Shown one piece after another: positions 47,092-57,259 of a DNA stretch of 64,000 nucleotides. The notes under the pieces were generated by a model, which searched no databases, was not told the DNA's origin, and saw only the letters and a list, made by a program, of their open reading frames with translations. The position numbers were made by a program, and so were the translations under genes. Each line of letters opens with the position of its first letter. Position 1 is the first letter of the stretch. This DNA comes from Candidatus Bathyarchaeia archaeon (GTDB lineage Archaea; Thermoproteota; Bathyarchaeia; Bathyarchaeales; Bathycorpusculaceae): NCBI GenBank assembly GCA_038883775.1, contig JAVZLM010000006.1:1-64000 (forward strand), in the 5' to 3' direction.

Positions 47092-48960
47092 TCAGCGTAG
47101 TTTTTCCAAAGCCTTGTCAACATCCTCTAGTCCAAGCTTTCTAAGAGTTTCTGTTTTTGGAATGCCATTCTCGTCCCAGCCCACAGCCTCATAATACTTT
47201 GCAATTTCACCTTCAACCTCAGCCTTGTTAACGGTTTTTCCCTTGTATGGTCCAGATGGCAGGGGTTCGTAAAATCTTGGCGGATTGGCATCGTGAATTT
47301 TTGGTTTCCATTTTAAGTCTGGTCCGCCCAGCAGCAGCATTGCCCTTTGCAGTTGCAGTATCCTTAAGGCCTTTGGATTAAGCCACTCTTCTTGTGTTAA
47401 TTCTATGCCCGTGACTGCCTTGTAAAATTCAAATTTCAAGTTGCGTGGGATTCCAAAAACATTGAAGTAACAGTATACTGCTGAATCGTTAAAAGTCATT
47501 ACTAACTCACTTCTGAAATCATGTAGAGGGAAGCATGCGGTGGATGTGTGGTCTCCGCCTTGGACTGAGCAAGCATAAGAATAGGGTTCGGGATAGTCTT
47601 TTCCGCTGCGGATTCCGTGGGCGCCTATGGCTATGCCCTTGCTTTGAACCGCATAAGCTAACACATCTTTTCCTTTCATTTTGCCAATTTTTAAGGCTGC
47701 ACGATAAGTTCCTTCTGCCAACAAATTGCCTATGCCTTCTCTGAAGGCGATTTTTCTGGCTAGTGTTGCAAAGGCTTCAGTGTTGCCCCAACGAAGCTCT
47801 AAACCGTCTAAATCCTCCTTTGTCAAAATTCCTCTCTGGAATAGTTCTGCTGCAAATCCAAGCACATTTCCCGTTTGTATTCCACATAACCCCAAATCAT
47901 CAATTAATGATGCGAGGAAAACGTTTTCTTCTGGAGTGAATATTCCAAGGTTTGGACCTAAATACGCTTGCAATTCATAGTCTGGGTTATCCGTTATTGC
48001 GCCTTTAAACTTCCCAGCTTTGACTACAGCGATTTTTAGGCATGTTGTTGGACAACCAAAATCACCCCAATAAGGCTTTATCCAAACTCTATTCTCAAAC
48101 TGGTCCACACCGAAGCTTTTCTCATCATGCCACTCCTCCTGCCAGTTCCTAATGGGTTCGGAGCTTGTTTTTGCCCCAACCTCGTAGCCAGCAGCTCCAG
48201 TTCCCCACCGTCGCCATAACTCGCTTTCATAAACATCTTTGCATACGCTTTGCATCAGCCTCTTAACGCTTTTCATGTCAGCAACCTCTGGCAGCGGTCC
48301 AGTTCCCTTTACGGCTATGGCTTTAAGCTTTTTTGAACCCATAACTGCACCGTACCCGCCATAACCAGCTGCATGAGTCCACTTGGCTGCAACCACAGCG
48401 GTTCGCACTTTATTTTCTCCTGCTGGACCAATGTAGAGTATTGCTGGTTCTCTCCATTCACCCTTTCTTGGAAATCGCTCTCGCAGAAGTTCTCTGCATT
48501 CCTTCGTTATCTTTGAAACCGTTTGCTTGGCATCTTCGCCCCAAACGTGGTTGGCTTTTCTAATTTCCACTTCCGAATCCTTAACAAACAAATAAACGGG
48601 CTCTTCCGAGGCGCCAGTAACTATTATGCCGTCATAACCAGCACATTTAAGCTCGACACCAAATTCGCCTGCAACCGTGGAGCCTACGACGCCATTGCTT
48701 TGGGGAGATTTTCCGGAAACGCATATTCTTCCGCCTGGAAAGAATCCTGTAAGAGGACCAGTTAAAAAGAGGAGTATATTCTCTGGTTCAAGAGGGTCTA
48801 TCTCGCTCCATCTACTTCCCAACCTATCCCAAAGAATTTTTGCCGCTAAACCTCTACCGCCAATGTAATTTCTTAAAATATCGTCACTAAATGTGGTCTC
48901 CTTTATGTTTTTTGTGGAAAGGTCGACTTCAAGAAACTTTCCAGCATAACCCAAAATCAT
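47092..48960 (-). CDS. Tungsten AOR-family oxidoreductase, WOR4-like
   Basis: KSPQSNG, HAAGYGGYGAVMGSK, SSEPIRNWQEE, DFGCPTTC, VQGGDHTS; resembles Pyrococcus WOR4 from memory. Confidence 0.82.
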   Translation of the reverse strand: MILGYAGKFLEVDLSTKNIKETTFSDDILRNYIGGRGLAAKILWDRLGSRWSEIDPLEPENILLFLTGPLTGFFPGGRICVSGKSPQSNGVVGSTVAGEFGVELKCAGYDGIIVTGASEEPVYLFVKDSEVEIRKANHVWGEDAKQTVSKITKECRELLRERFPRKGEWREPAILYIGPAGENKVRTAVVAAKWTHAAGYGGYGAVMGSKKLKAIAVKGTGPLPEVADMKSVKRLMQSVCKDVYESELWRRWGTGAAGYEVGAKTSSEPIRNWQEEWHDEKSFGVDQFENRVWIKPYWGDFGCPTTCLKIAVVKAGKFKGAITDNPDYELQAYLGPNLGIFTPEENVFLASLIDDLGLCGIQTGNVLGFAAELFQRGILTKEDLDGLELRWGNTEAFATLARKIAFREGIGNLLAEGTYRAALKIGKMKGKDVLAYAVQSKGIAIGAHGIRSGKDYPEPYSYACSVQGGDHTSTACFPLHDFRSELVMTFNDSAVYCYFNVFGIPRNLKFEFYKAVTGIELTQEEWLNPKALRILQLQRAMLLLGGPDLKWKPKIHDANPPRFYEPLPSGPYKGKTVNKAEVEGEIAKYYEAVGWDENGIPKTETLRKLGLEDVDKALEKLR

Positions 48961-49484
48961 AACAGCTTCTCTCCTTCTTCTCCATAAATTTTGATAGCTA
49001 AATCCCGCGTAATTTCTTCTGGCTTGCGGGCGTAAAGCTTGTAAGCCCCTTCTTTTCTAGCAACTTTTGTTAAGACGTTCCATCCACCTTCTCGGCAAAC
49101 TTTTAGACATTGCGGATTTCCCTTGCATAAGTCGCAGATTAGTATATAATTTTCAGTTGGGTGCATATGCGGGATTCTGCCAGGACAAGCATCAATGCAT
49201 TTTCCGCAACCAATACACTTATCCTTCTTCACCAAAACTGCGCCAGTTTCTTTGCTTATGGATAACGCTTTAACTGGACAAGCTTTTACACAGGGATAGT
49301 CTTCGCATTGTGCACAAAAATGCGGAAAATCCAAGCCTGGAACTAACATGAAAACCCTTATTCTTGAAGCTTCTGGCCATATGCGATTTTCATGGAAAAG
49401 TGAACATGCGATTTCGCATTTTCTGCAGCCGCTGCATTTTGAAAGTTCTCTCGCTATCCATATGGGCTCCTTTTTTGTTGGCAA
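48957..49484 (-). CDS. Multi-[4Fe-4S] electron-transfer subunit (DmsB/HycB-like)
   Basis: CSGCRKCEIAC, CAQCEDYPCVKACP, CIGCGKCIDACP, CDLC..PQC..VC; 4-bp overlap with the AOR gene. Confidence 0.9.
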   Translation of the reverse strand: MPTKKEPIWIARELSKCSGCRKCEIACSLFHENRIWPEASRIRVFMLVPGLDFPHFCAQCEDYPCVKACPVKALSISKETGAVLVKKDKCIGCGKCIDACPGRIPHMHPTENYILICDLCKGNPQCLKVCREGGWNVLTKVARKEGAYKLYARKPEEITRDLAIKIYGEEGEKLL

Positions 49485-49607
49485 ATTAAGGTCATCCCTT
49501 AAAGTAATAAATTTCTTTTAGCCATATTCCCATTTAAGTGTCTTACGGCTTATGATAACAGCTTTAAATGATAGTTTATAATTTCTGTTGAGAAGAGGTC
49601 ATAGCAA

Positions 49608-50174
49608 TTGGCTACTCTGTATGAGCTATTAGGCATTCTGGTCACCTCTTTTGCTTTAAACATTATACCTTTCATGGGGCCATCTAACATGCTAATTGCC
49701 TCAAACGCTGCCTTAATTGTAAACGCTGACCCTTTCACAATAGGCTTCCTTGTGGCTTTAGGTTCAGCTTTGGCAAAGTCCATCCATTATGTCATCACAT
49801 TCTTTGTCAGCGGTTTCCTCAGCGAAGAGCGTAGAAAACGTCTTGATGCGGCTGGGTTAAAACTCAAACATTGGGCTTTTTTGGCGCTATTTATTGTTGC
49901 AGCTTCGCCATTGCCAGACGAGCCGGTGGTTGTGCCGTTAGGTATATTAAAGTATAATCCACTCAAGTTTTTTGCATCCTACTTTATTGGGAAACTTTTA
50001 ATCGCCGTTGTGGGCGCTTACTTAGGAAGGGCGGGTCAACAACTTCTGGAGCCTTGGATAAGCCAAGAAATTCTGATGGTAGCATCAATAATTCTTACTA
50101 TAATTGTAACTGTGATTTTGTTAAAAGTTGACATAGGTGAAATTGTAAAGAGAATCCTTAAAAGAAAATCTTAA
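49608..50174 (+). CDS. DedA/VTT-like membrane protein
   Basis: IIPF, ASPLPDE...GK motif, hydrophobic helices. Confidence 0.75.
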   Translation: MATLYELLGILVTSFALNIIPFMGPSNMLIASNAALIVNADPFTIGFLVALGSALAKSIHYVITFFVSGFLSEERRKRLDAAGLKLKHWAFLALFIVAASPLPDEPVVVPLGILKYNPLKFFASYFIGKLLIAVVGAYLGRAGQQLLEPWISQEILMVASIILTIIVTVILLKVDIGEIVKRILKRKS

Positions 50175-50246
50175 CAGTTACCATCCATTATAAATGTCTT
50201 TGTTTGCAAGAAAAGCTTTTAAGACTAAAATCAAGTTCAAAAAGCT

Positions 50247-51653
50247 ATGGCTGAAGAATCCGAAGAATTGCCAGAGCTTCCCTCGATAAGCAAATATAGA
50301 GACAAGATTGTTAACGGACCAATCGTCCGCACGTTCTTTTGGTTGGGGGTCCCACCACTCATAAATCAACTTATAATAGTGGCCTATAACTTAGCAGATG
50401 CTTACTGGCTAAGCGTCTACAGCGATATAACCGTGGCTATTCCGAGGCAAATGTGGCCGGTCATAGTTCTTTTTCAAGCGCTTTTGATGGCTTTGACAGC
50501 AGCTTGCTTAGGAATTGTTTCTCAATACATTGGAAGGAGAGCTTACGAGGACGCCAGCAAAGCTGCTTCACGCTTCTTCACCTTCTCCTTTACTGCAGGA
50601 GCAACATTAAGTCTTGTACTTTTAGCGCTTAGAAGCACAATTTTCACGTTTATTGTGTCTACTCCTCCAGAAATATTTGAGGATTTAATGAAATATTCTG
50701 GCATAATCGCCTTTGACATATTCTTTAATTACATAGCTCTAACATACACAACGTTACTGCAAAGCATAGGCGACACTAAAAAACCAGCCATCGTGAATGG
50801 GGTGGCTGTTGGCATTAACGCATTATTAGATCCATTTTTAGTATTAGGCATAGGACCCTTCCCAAGACTTGGTGTTGTGGGTGCTTCCGTCACAGATGTT
50901 ATGGGAAAGATGATATCAGTAAGCTGCTTAACCTACATACTTAGAAAAAAGTATCCCGAGCTGAAGGTAAGGTTTACTAAAGAAATAGATTTGGAGTGGG
51001 TTCGGTTAGTTCTTCGCATAGGCTTGCCTATTTTAGCATTAGGCTTAACGAATGGACTTGCCTTTCTCATGCAACTTAGAATCATTAATGCGCTGGGCAT
51101 TGTAGTAGCTACAGCTTTTTCCATAGGCTTTGTAATAAATGATATAGTTGACTCAGCCCTTTGGGGGTTAAGCGGAGCAACAGCCATAATGGTTGGGCAA
51201 AACTTGGGAGCAGAAAACCGTAAAAGAGCTAGAGAAGTTGCCTACAGAACTGCCCTTGTCATATTCGCGCTTATGTTTGTAAGCGCTAGCCTAATTTATC
51301 CCTTCCGGAGGGGGTTAGCCGATGTCTTCTCAGAAAATCCTGATATTATAAACGAGACAGACTTGTTTCTTTCCATATTGTTGCCAACGCTTCCATTTTT
51401 TGGGCTGTTCATAGTTGGCATGTCTACCGGAAGAGGCTCGGGACATACGCTGTTTCCCACATCTGTTGGGATATTGAGGCTTTGGGGGATACGTTTAGCC
51501 TTAGGCTATTTTTTAGCATTTATTTTGGGAATGGGCTCTATTGGGGCTTGGCTAGCCCTTTCCCTAAGCAATGTTATAGGCGGAACTGTTTCATTTATTT
51601 GGATAAAATATGGAAACTGGGCTGTACCAGTAGTAAAAAGGAAAATTCCGTGA
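50247..51653 (+). CDS. MATE-family efflux transporter
   Basis: YNLADAYW, GDTKKP, LDPFLV, VGQNLGA; about 12 TM segments. Confidence 0.93.
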   Translation: MAEESEELPELPSISKYRDKIVNGPIVRTFFWLGVPPLINQLIIVAYNLADAYWLSVYSDITVAIPRQMWPVIVLFQALLMALTAACLGIVSQYIGRRAYEDASKAASRFFTFSFTAGATLSLVLLALRSTIFTFIVSTPPEIFEDLMKYSGIIAFDIFFNYIALTYTTLLQSIGDTKKPAIVNGVAVGINALLDPFLVLGIGPFPRLGVVGASVTDVMGKMISVSCLTYILRKKYPELKVRFTKEIDLEWVRLVLRIGLPILALGLTNGLAFLMQLRIINALGIVVATAFSIGFVINDIVDSALWGLSGATAIMVGQNLGAENRKRAREVAYRTALVIFALMFVSASLIYPFRRGLADVFSENPDIINETDLFLSILLPTLPFFGLFIVGMSTGRGSGHTLFPTSVGILRLWGIRLALGYFLAFILGMGSIGAWLALSLSNVIGGTVSFIWIKYGNWAVPVVKRKIP

Positions 51654-51724
51654 GAGAGTATTTGGACGTTATAAAGCGCAAATGAAATTAGCAGAATAGA
51701 CCAATATGAAATTAGGCCTAAAAC

Positions 51725-53008
51725 ATGAAAGTTATAGCTGATTTGCACATTCACGGTCGTTACAGTCGTGCAACAAGCGATAAAATGCATATTGAAGAGA
51801 TTGCGCGTTTTGCAAAAATTAAGGGTTTAAATTTGATTGGGACAGGCGATTTCACCCATCCAAAATGGCTTAAGGAACTTCAGGGAACCTTAATTCAAGA
51901 AGGAGACACAGGTTTATATAAGGTTGCAAAAAATCCCGAACTGCCAGTCTATTTTATGATAACAACTGAAGTTAGCACGGTTTTCACCTTTGAAAATGAA
52001 GTTAAAAAAATTCACCATGTCATCTTAACCCCAAATATAGAAACCGCCATCCAAATCAATGAAAGATTGGCGAAATATGGCAATTTAGCCATAGACGGCA
52101 GACCAACACTAAACATGGACGCCCCACATTTGGTTGAGGAAATCATGGAAATTTCAAAAGAAAACATGATATTTCCAGCCCACGCTTGGACGCCATGGTT
52201 CAGCATTTTCGGAGCTTTCAGCGGCTTCAACAGCGTAGAAGAATGCTACCAAGACATGACAAAACACATTCACGCTTTGGAAACCGGGCTCTCCTCAGAC
52301 CCGCCTATGAATTGGCGTTTAAGCAAACTTGACAAATTCGCCTTAGTTTCCAACAGTGATAGCCACAGTTTTTGGCCTTGGCGCATGGGAAGAGAAGCTA
52401 ACGTTTTTGAACTTAAGGAGCCAAGCTATAATGACGTTGTGAATGCCATTCGATTTAAGGATAAAGCACATTTCAAATTTACTATCGAAACAGACCCCGC
52501 CTATGGAAAATACCACTGGACTGGCCACAGAAACTGCAATGTATCCCTCCCAGCAGCGGAAGCAATTAAAATTGGAAACATTTGCCCTGTTTGCCATAAA
52601 AAACTCACAAAGGGTGTTGAACAGCGTGTGGAAGAATTAGCTGACCGTCCGTCCGGTTTTAAACCTCCAGACGCTATAGATTTCATGCATTTGCTTCCGC
52701 TTTCTGAAATAATCGCAACCATCTTAGGCGTGGATTCACCATCCACCCAGCAAGTGTGGAACATTTACAATGCTTTTGTTGAAAGATTCGGCGATGAATA
52801 CACGGTGCTCATTGACGCTTCAAAAGAAGATTTACGCTCCCTTAATGAAAAAATTGCCGATGCAATAATCAGGGTTAGGGAAGGACAAGTTAAAGTGTCG
52901 CCTGGCTATGACGGTGTTTATGGGCAACTTATCCTTTCTGAAGAACAAACTGCACGAAAATCCGCAGCCCAAAGAGTTCAACAGTTGAATCTTACAGACT
53001 TTATGTAA
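51725..53008 (+). CDS. Endonuclease Q family protein (PHP domain + zinc finger)
   Basis: DLHIHGRYSRATS, GTGDFTHP, PAHAWTPW, ETGLSSD, SNSDSHS, GKYHWTGHRNC..CPVC, PGYDGVYG. Confidence 0.92.
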   Translation: MKVIADLHIHGRYSRATSDKMHIEEIARFAKIKGLNLIGTGDFTHPKWLKELQGTLIQEGDTGLYKVAKNPELPVYFMITTEVSTVFTFENEVKKIHHVILTPNIETAIQINERLAKYGNLAIDGRPTLNMDAPHLVEEIMEISKENMIFPAHAWTPWFSIFGAFSGFNSVEECYQDMTKHIHALETGLSSDPPMNWRLSKLDKFALVSNSDSHSFWPWRMGREANVFELKEPSYNDVVNAIRFKDKAHFKFTIETDPAYGKYHWTGHRNCNVSLPAAEAIKIGNICPVCHKKLTKGVEQRVEELADRPSGFKPPDAIDFMHLLPLSEIIATILGVDSPSTQQVWNIYNAFVERFGDEYTVLIDASKEDLRSLNEKIADAIIRVREGQVKVSPGYDGVYGQLILSEEQTARKSAAQRVQQLNLTDFM

Positions 53009-53110
53009 CGCTTATTTCATGGACTTCATAGCGTATGTGTGTTGAACTGGTATACGACAAAGTTTATTAAGTCGCAATACACACGATAGTTCACTGCGAG
53101 GCTTGACACT

Positions 53111-53425
53111 ATGGAAAAAGAAGACAAAATTTCAAAAATCGTTGACAGAGTCCTACGACAAGTTTTCGGCGAAGAAGCAACCTTTCTAATTTATAAGCAT
53201 TTAGAGAAGAACCACGGTGTCAAGCCAAATGAGATATCTGAAAAGATAGAGGTTTTTGCTAAGGGTCTTGAGGAGTTTTTGAGCACCGGCGCATATGTCA
53301 TTGAAAAGAAAATTTTGGAGGATATATACTCGACTTATGGTTTGCTTCGCAGGTTGGAATTAGAGCGAATGCAAGAAGAATGCGATTTTGTAAGCCAAGT
53401 GAAATCACTCAAGCAAAGAGCTTAA
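53111..53425 (+). CDS. Small helical hypothetical protein (DUF3227-like)
   Basis: VFGEEATFLIYKHL...F..GLEEFL..GA.VIEK.I pattern; own TATA-like box at about 53063. Confidence 0.6.
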   Translation: MEKEDKISKIVDRVLRQVFGEEATFLIYKHLEKNHGVKPNEISEKIEVFAKGLEEFLSTGAYVIEKKILEDIYSTYGLLRRLELERMQEECDFVSQVKSLKQRA

Positions 53426-53546
53426 CATTTTAAATATCCATTTTTCACTTATTGTTTTGAATTACGGAAAATGGAAACCATAACAATTTTATAAAAGAGC
53501 CTCTGAATAATTCCTTCTAACTCAATACTAAAAAGGAGCGTACTCT

Positions 53547-54932
53547 TTGAAAGATATTTTAATTAAGGCTGTAGATGCGGCAGTCCAAAAATATGGAGCC
53601 GAATACGCTGAAGTTCGCGGTCAAAGGCTCTTTAAAACTATGCTTACGCTTAAAGAAGGTCGCGTAGAAGCAGCAAGGCAAGGAATCGAAAACGGTGCTG
53701 CTTTGCGGGTACTTATAAACGGCGCATGGGGTTTCGCATCCGTGGGAACCTTTGATGTTGAAACTTTGACTATGGCTATTTCAGACGCATGTAAAATGGC
53801 GAAAGCTGCAAGCTCAAAGCTTAAAAAGCCCATAAAACTTGTCCAAACCAAACCTATTGAAGATAAAGTAAACCTAAAACCGCGCAAAGACCCATCAAAA
53901 ATTTCCATAGAAGACAAAATTAATACAACGCTAACTATGAACAATAAAATTTTAGGTTATGATGGTCGTATAAAAAGTTGCACCATAGATTATCTTGACG
54001 TAACTGGAACAAACTATTTCATAAACAATGAAGGTTCATATATTGAACAGGACAAACTTTATGTTTGGTCAAGAATACTCGCAACAGCAAAAGAAGGGGA
54101 TATATTCACCTTCAGTCGTGAAGAGATTGGTTCCACTTCTGGCTACGAAATTTTCGACATAGAAACTCCAGAAATTGTAGGCGAAAGAGTTGCAAAACGA
54201 GCAGTTGAGCAGTTGAGGGCGAAACCGCCTAAGGGTGGAACATTTCCAGTAATTCTTGGGCCAAACGTGGTTGGCGTCTTTGTTCATGAAGCTTTTGGGC
54301 ACTTGGCTGAGGCAGATTTGACTTTGTCTGGATCTGTGCTTTTAGATAAACTTGGAAAGAAAATTGCTTCTGAACTTGTGACTTTTTATGATGATGGAAC
54401 AGTTGAAGGCGCTTTTGGTTCCTTCAAATATGATGACGAGGGAGTTCCAGCCCAGAAAACTCTTCTGATAAAGGATGGTGTTGTTGTTGGTTTGATGCAT
54501 AGCCGCGAAACAGCCCAAAAATTCAATACTGAACCTACTGGAAACATGCGGGCTGAAGACTTTAGAGTAGAACCCATAATTCGTATGCGCAACACTTTCA
54601 TGGAGCCAAAAGACTATTCCTTCGAAGAGCTAATCGAAAATGTGAAATTCGGCTATTACTTCAAAAGCTTCAGAGGCGGACAAGCAAATTTAGACGGCAC
54701 CTTCCAAGTTGGCATCCAAGAAGCCTACGAAATAGTTAAAGGCGAATTGGGTCAACCAGTGCGGAACGCTTCAATAAGTGGCAATACTCTTGAAACATTG
54801 TTCAAGGTGGACGCTGTTGGAAAAGACTTTGAATTGTGGCCTGGGAGATGTGGAAAAGGACAAACAGCCTTCGAAAGCGATGGTGGCCCTCATATTAGGG
54901 TAAGGGAGGTTCTTGTGGGTGGTAGCGCTTAG
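53547..54932 (+). CDS. tldD: TldD metalloprotease subunit
   Basis: HEAFGH.AEAD, YDDEG, RMRNT, CGKGQ. Confidence 0.92.
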   Translation: MKDILIKAVDAAVQKYGAEYAEVRGQRLFKTMLTLKEGRVEAARQGIENGAALRVLINGAWGFASVGTFDVETLTMAISDACKMAKAASSKLKKPIKLVQTKPIEDKVNLKPRKDPSKISIEDKINTTLTMNNKILGYDGRIKSCTIDYLDVTGTNYFINNEGSYIEQDKLYVWSRILATAKEGDIFTFSREEIGSTSGYEIFDIETPEIVGERVAKRAVEQLRAKPPKGGTFPVILGPNVVGVFVHEAFGHLAEADLTLSGSVLLDKLGKKIASELVTFYDDGTVEGAFGSFKYDDEGVPAQKTLLIKDGVVVGLMHSRETAQKFNTEPTGNMRAEDFRVEPIIRMRNTFMEPKDYSFEELIENVKFGYYFKSFRGGQANLDGTFQVGIQEAYEIVKGELGQPVRNASISGNTLETLFKVDAVGKDFELWPGRCGKGQTAFESDGGPHIRVREVLVGGSA

Positions 54933-56283
54933 GAAGGAAGAAATGTTAGATTTAGCCGAAAAAGCTGTGGATTTTGCTCTAAAGAAGGGCGCGGATGAGG
55001 CGGAGGCTTTTGCCTATCAAGGTTTAACAACAAACGTTGTTATTGAGAGAGGACAGATCGCGAGAAGTGCGAGAATAATTGACAGAGGATTGGGAATTCG
55101 AACCATAATAAATAAGGCAATAGGCTTTTCTTATACGAACGTCTTGGGCGCCAAAGCCGCAATTGAGGAAGCTGTTATTAAAGCCTTAAGTGCTGCTAAA
55201 GCGAGCAAGCCAGACAAAGAGTGGCGTGGACTCCCAACAAGAAAACAATTAAAATCTGTAAAAAACACTTATGACCGCAAAATTGTCGAACTTCATTCCG
55301 AAGATCTAGTTAATGCAGCCTCTTCAATGCTAGATGCTGCTGAAAAAGTAGATAAACGTGTTCTTCCCGTAGAAGGTGGGGTAGGCGCCTCTTATCTTTC
55401 TCGAGCAATAGCTAATTCCAATGGAGTGGCAGCCTTCGATCATGGAACAATCATTGAATGTAGCTTAGCAACCGTGGGGCAAGAGACAGGTGAAGTAACA
55501 CCCATATGCTTTGAATTCAGTATCGAAAGAGAGTATGCTATTAACCCAGAATGGGTTGGTAAAGAAGCTGCTCGCCTTGCTGTTTTGGCATTAAAAGCCA
55601 AAAAAGTAGAAACTAAAAACACGAACGTGATTTTCTCACAGTTTGCATTGCAGGAACTCTTGTATTTCACCCTTATTAACGCAGTTAAAGCAGATTACGT
55701 GCAAAGAGATCAATCAGCGTTTAAGGGCAAAATTGGAGAAAAAGTTGCTTCTGAAAACTTGACAATTTATGATGATGGATTACTTGCTGGAGGCATACGC
55801 ACATGGGAGTTTGATGGCGAAGGGATTCCCCAACAAAAAACCCTCATAATAGAAAGGGGAGTGTTGCGCAACTTTCTCTATGACAATTACACGGCAAAGA
55901 AAGAGGGTAAGGAAAGCACTGGAAACGCCACAAGAGCTGGATATTTATCTACGCCAAATGTGGAAGCCACAAACTTTCACTTGTTGCCAGGGAGGAAATC
56001 GCCTGAAGACCTTATCGGCGAGGTAGATGATGGCTTACTGGTGTATGCTTTACAGGGTGCCCACAGTAGTAATCCGGCCAGCGGAGAATTTTCTGTTGTT
56101 GCAACTCCTGCTTGGAAAATTGAGAATGGTAAAGTTGCTTATGCCGTTAAAGGAGCCATGTTGGCTGGCAATGTTTTTCACACATTAAAAAATATTTCGG
56201 AACTAGCAAATAATGAGAGAAAAATTGGGCAATTGGTTGCGCCTTGGGTTCTGGTAGAAAATGTTAGGGTTATAGGAAAATAA
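54913..56283 (+). CDS. pmbA: PmbA/TldE subunit (start may be 54919 or 54943)
   Basis: [29 protein letters not shown]; no HExxxH. Confidence 0.88.
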   Translation: MWVVALRKEEMLDLAEKAVDFALKKGADEAEAFAYQGLTTNVVIERGQIARSARIIDRGLGIRTIINKAIGFSYTNVLGAKAAIEEAVIKALSAAKASKPDKEWRGLPTRKQLKSVKNTYDRKIVELHSEDLVNAASSMLDAAEKVDKRVLPVEGGVGASYLSRAIANSNGVAAFDHGTIIECSLATVGQETGEVTPICFEFSIEREYAINPEWVGKEAARLAVLALKAKKVETKNTNVIFSQFALQELLYFTLINAVKADYVQRDQSAFKGKIGEKVASENLTIYDDGLLAGGIRTWEFDGEGIPQQKTLIIERGVLRNFLYDNYTAKKEGKESTGNATRAGYLSTPNVEATNFHLLPGRKSPEDLIGEVDDGLLVYALQGAHSSNPASGEFSVVATPAWKIENGKVAYAVKGAMLAGNVFHTLKNISELANNERKIGQLVAPWVLVENVRVIGK

Positions 56284-56321
56284 ATAATTGGTTTTAGGGG
56301 TTTAATGAAGAGGCGAAATTA

Positions 56322-57245
56322 TTGAAAGCCAAAATCAAGCAAACCCTACTGAAATTCAACACTCTCCGCAGAATAGTCCAATTCCTCTCTTTCCTATTCT
56401 TCAGCGCCATGGTCTTTAACATGGCTCCACAACCGCTACTATTACCTGTTATCTGGACATGGGGTTTCCAGTCAAACATTGTTGGCGACGCCTTTACAGC
56501 CATGCAACTTATGTTTTATAATACTGTTTTTCCATGGCTTGCCTTGGCATCGTTCTTAATCACTGGAATATTGATTGGTAAATCCTTATGCGGTTGGATC
56601 TGTCCCTTCGGCTTCATCCAAGACTTAATTGATTTTGCAAAGCGCAAAAAAACTGAAATTTCACCTAGAACCCATGAAAGCATGATATATGTAAAATACG
56701 CTATTTTAGGCATAACACTCTTTATTAGTATAACATTTTCCCTTGCCAAAATTGTCAGAGTTCATAGCAGCTATGAAAAGGCCTTTGGCATTTTCGTACA
56801 AATGCCATTTACCACCTTAAGTCCTGCGGAAACTTTGTTTTTCACATTGCCTAATGGAATTTTAAACTTTAAAAATGCACTACTAGAAAAACCTTTATTG
56901 GATGTTCTATCTGGCGTTGCGGGATTTCCCCCGCTTTTATGGATACAACTTTTCATTTTGGGATGCGTACTTGTCTTTGCCGCATATGTCCCGAGAAGTT
57001 GGTGTAAATATTTCTGTCCTCATGGCGCTATTATGGCTATTTTGAATAGGTTCAGCTTTCTTGGTTTGAAAAGGGATTTAACCAAATGTGCAAAGGCTGA
57101 ATGTCGACAATGTGTTGAAGTTTGTCCTATGCGTGTTCGGATTTTGGATTTGCCATGGGAGAAGTTTAGCGACCCAGAATGCATTTACTGCCTAAAATGT
57201 GTGGATTCTTGTCCAAACAAGGCTATTAAACTAAAATATCCATAA
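56322..57245 (+). CDS. Membrane 4Fe-4S binding protein (NapH/MauN-like)
   Basis: CGWICPFG, WCKYFCPHG, C..C..VCP, CIYCLKCVDSCP. Confidence 0.87.
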   Translation: MKAKIKQTLLKFNTLRRIVQFLSFLFFSAMVFNMAPQPLLLPVIWTWGFQSNIVGDAFTAMQLMFYNTVFPWLALASFLITGILIGKSLCGWICPFGFIQDLIDFAKRKKTEISPRTHESMIYVKYAILGITLFISITFSLAKIVRVHSSYEKAFGIFVQMPFTTLSPAETLFFTLPNGILNFKNALLEKPLLDVLSGVAGFPPLLWIQLFILGCVLVFAAYVPRSWCKYFCPHGAIMAILNRFSFLGLKRDLTKCAKAECRQCVEVCPMRVRILDLPWEKFSDPECIYCLKCVDSCPNKAIKLKYP

Positions 57246-57259
57246 ATTGTGCAAATGTT

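Noticed and set aside
53547-56283. TldD/PmbA as part of a RiPP cluster
   Set aside because: No YcaO, radical SAM or precursor peptide nearby; the pair is common in archaea.
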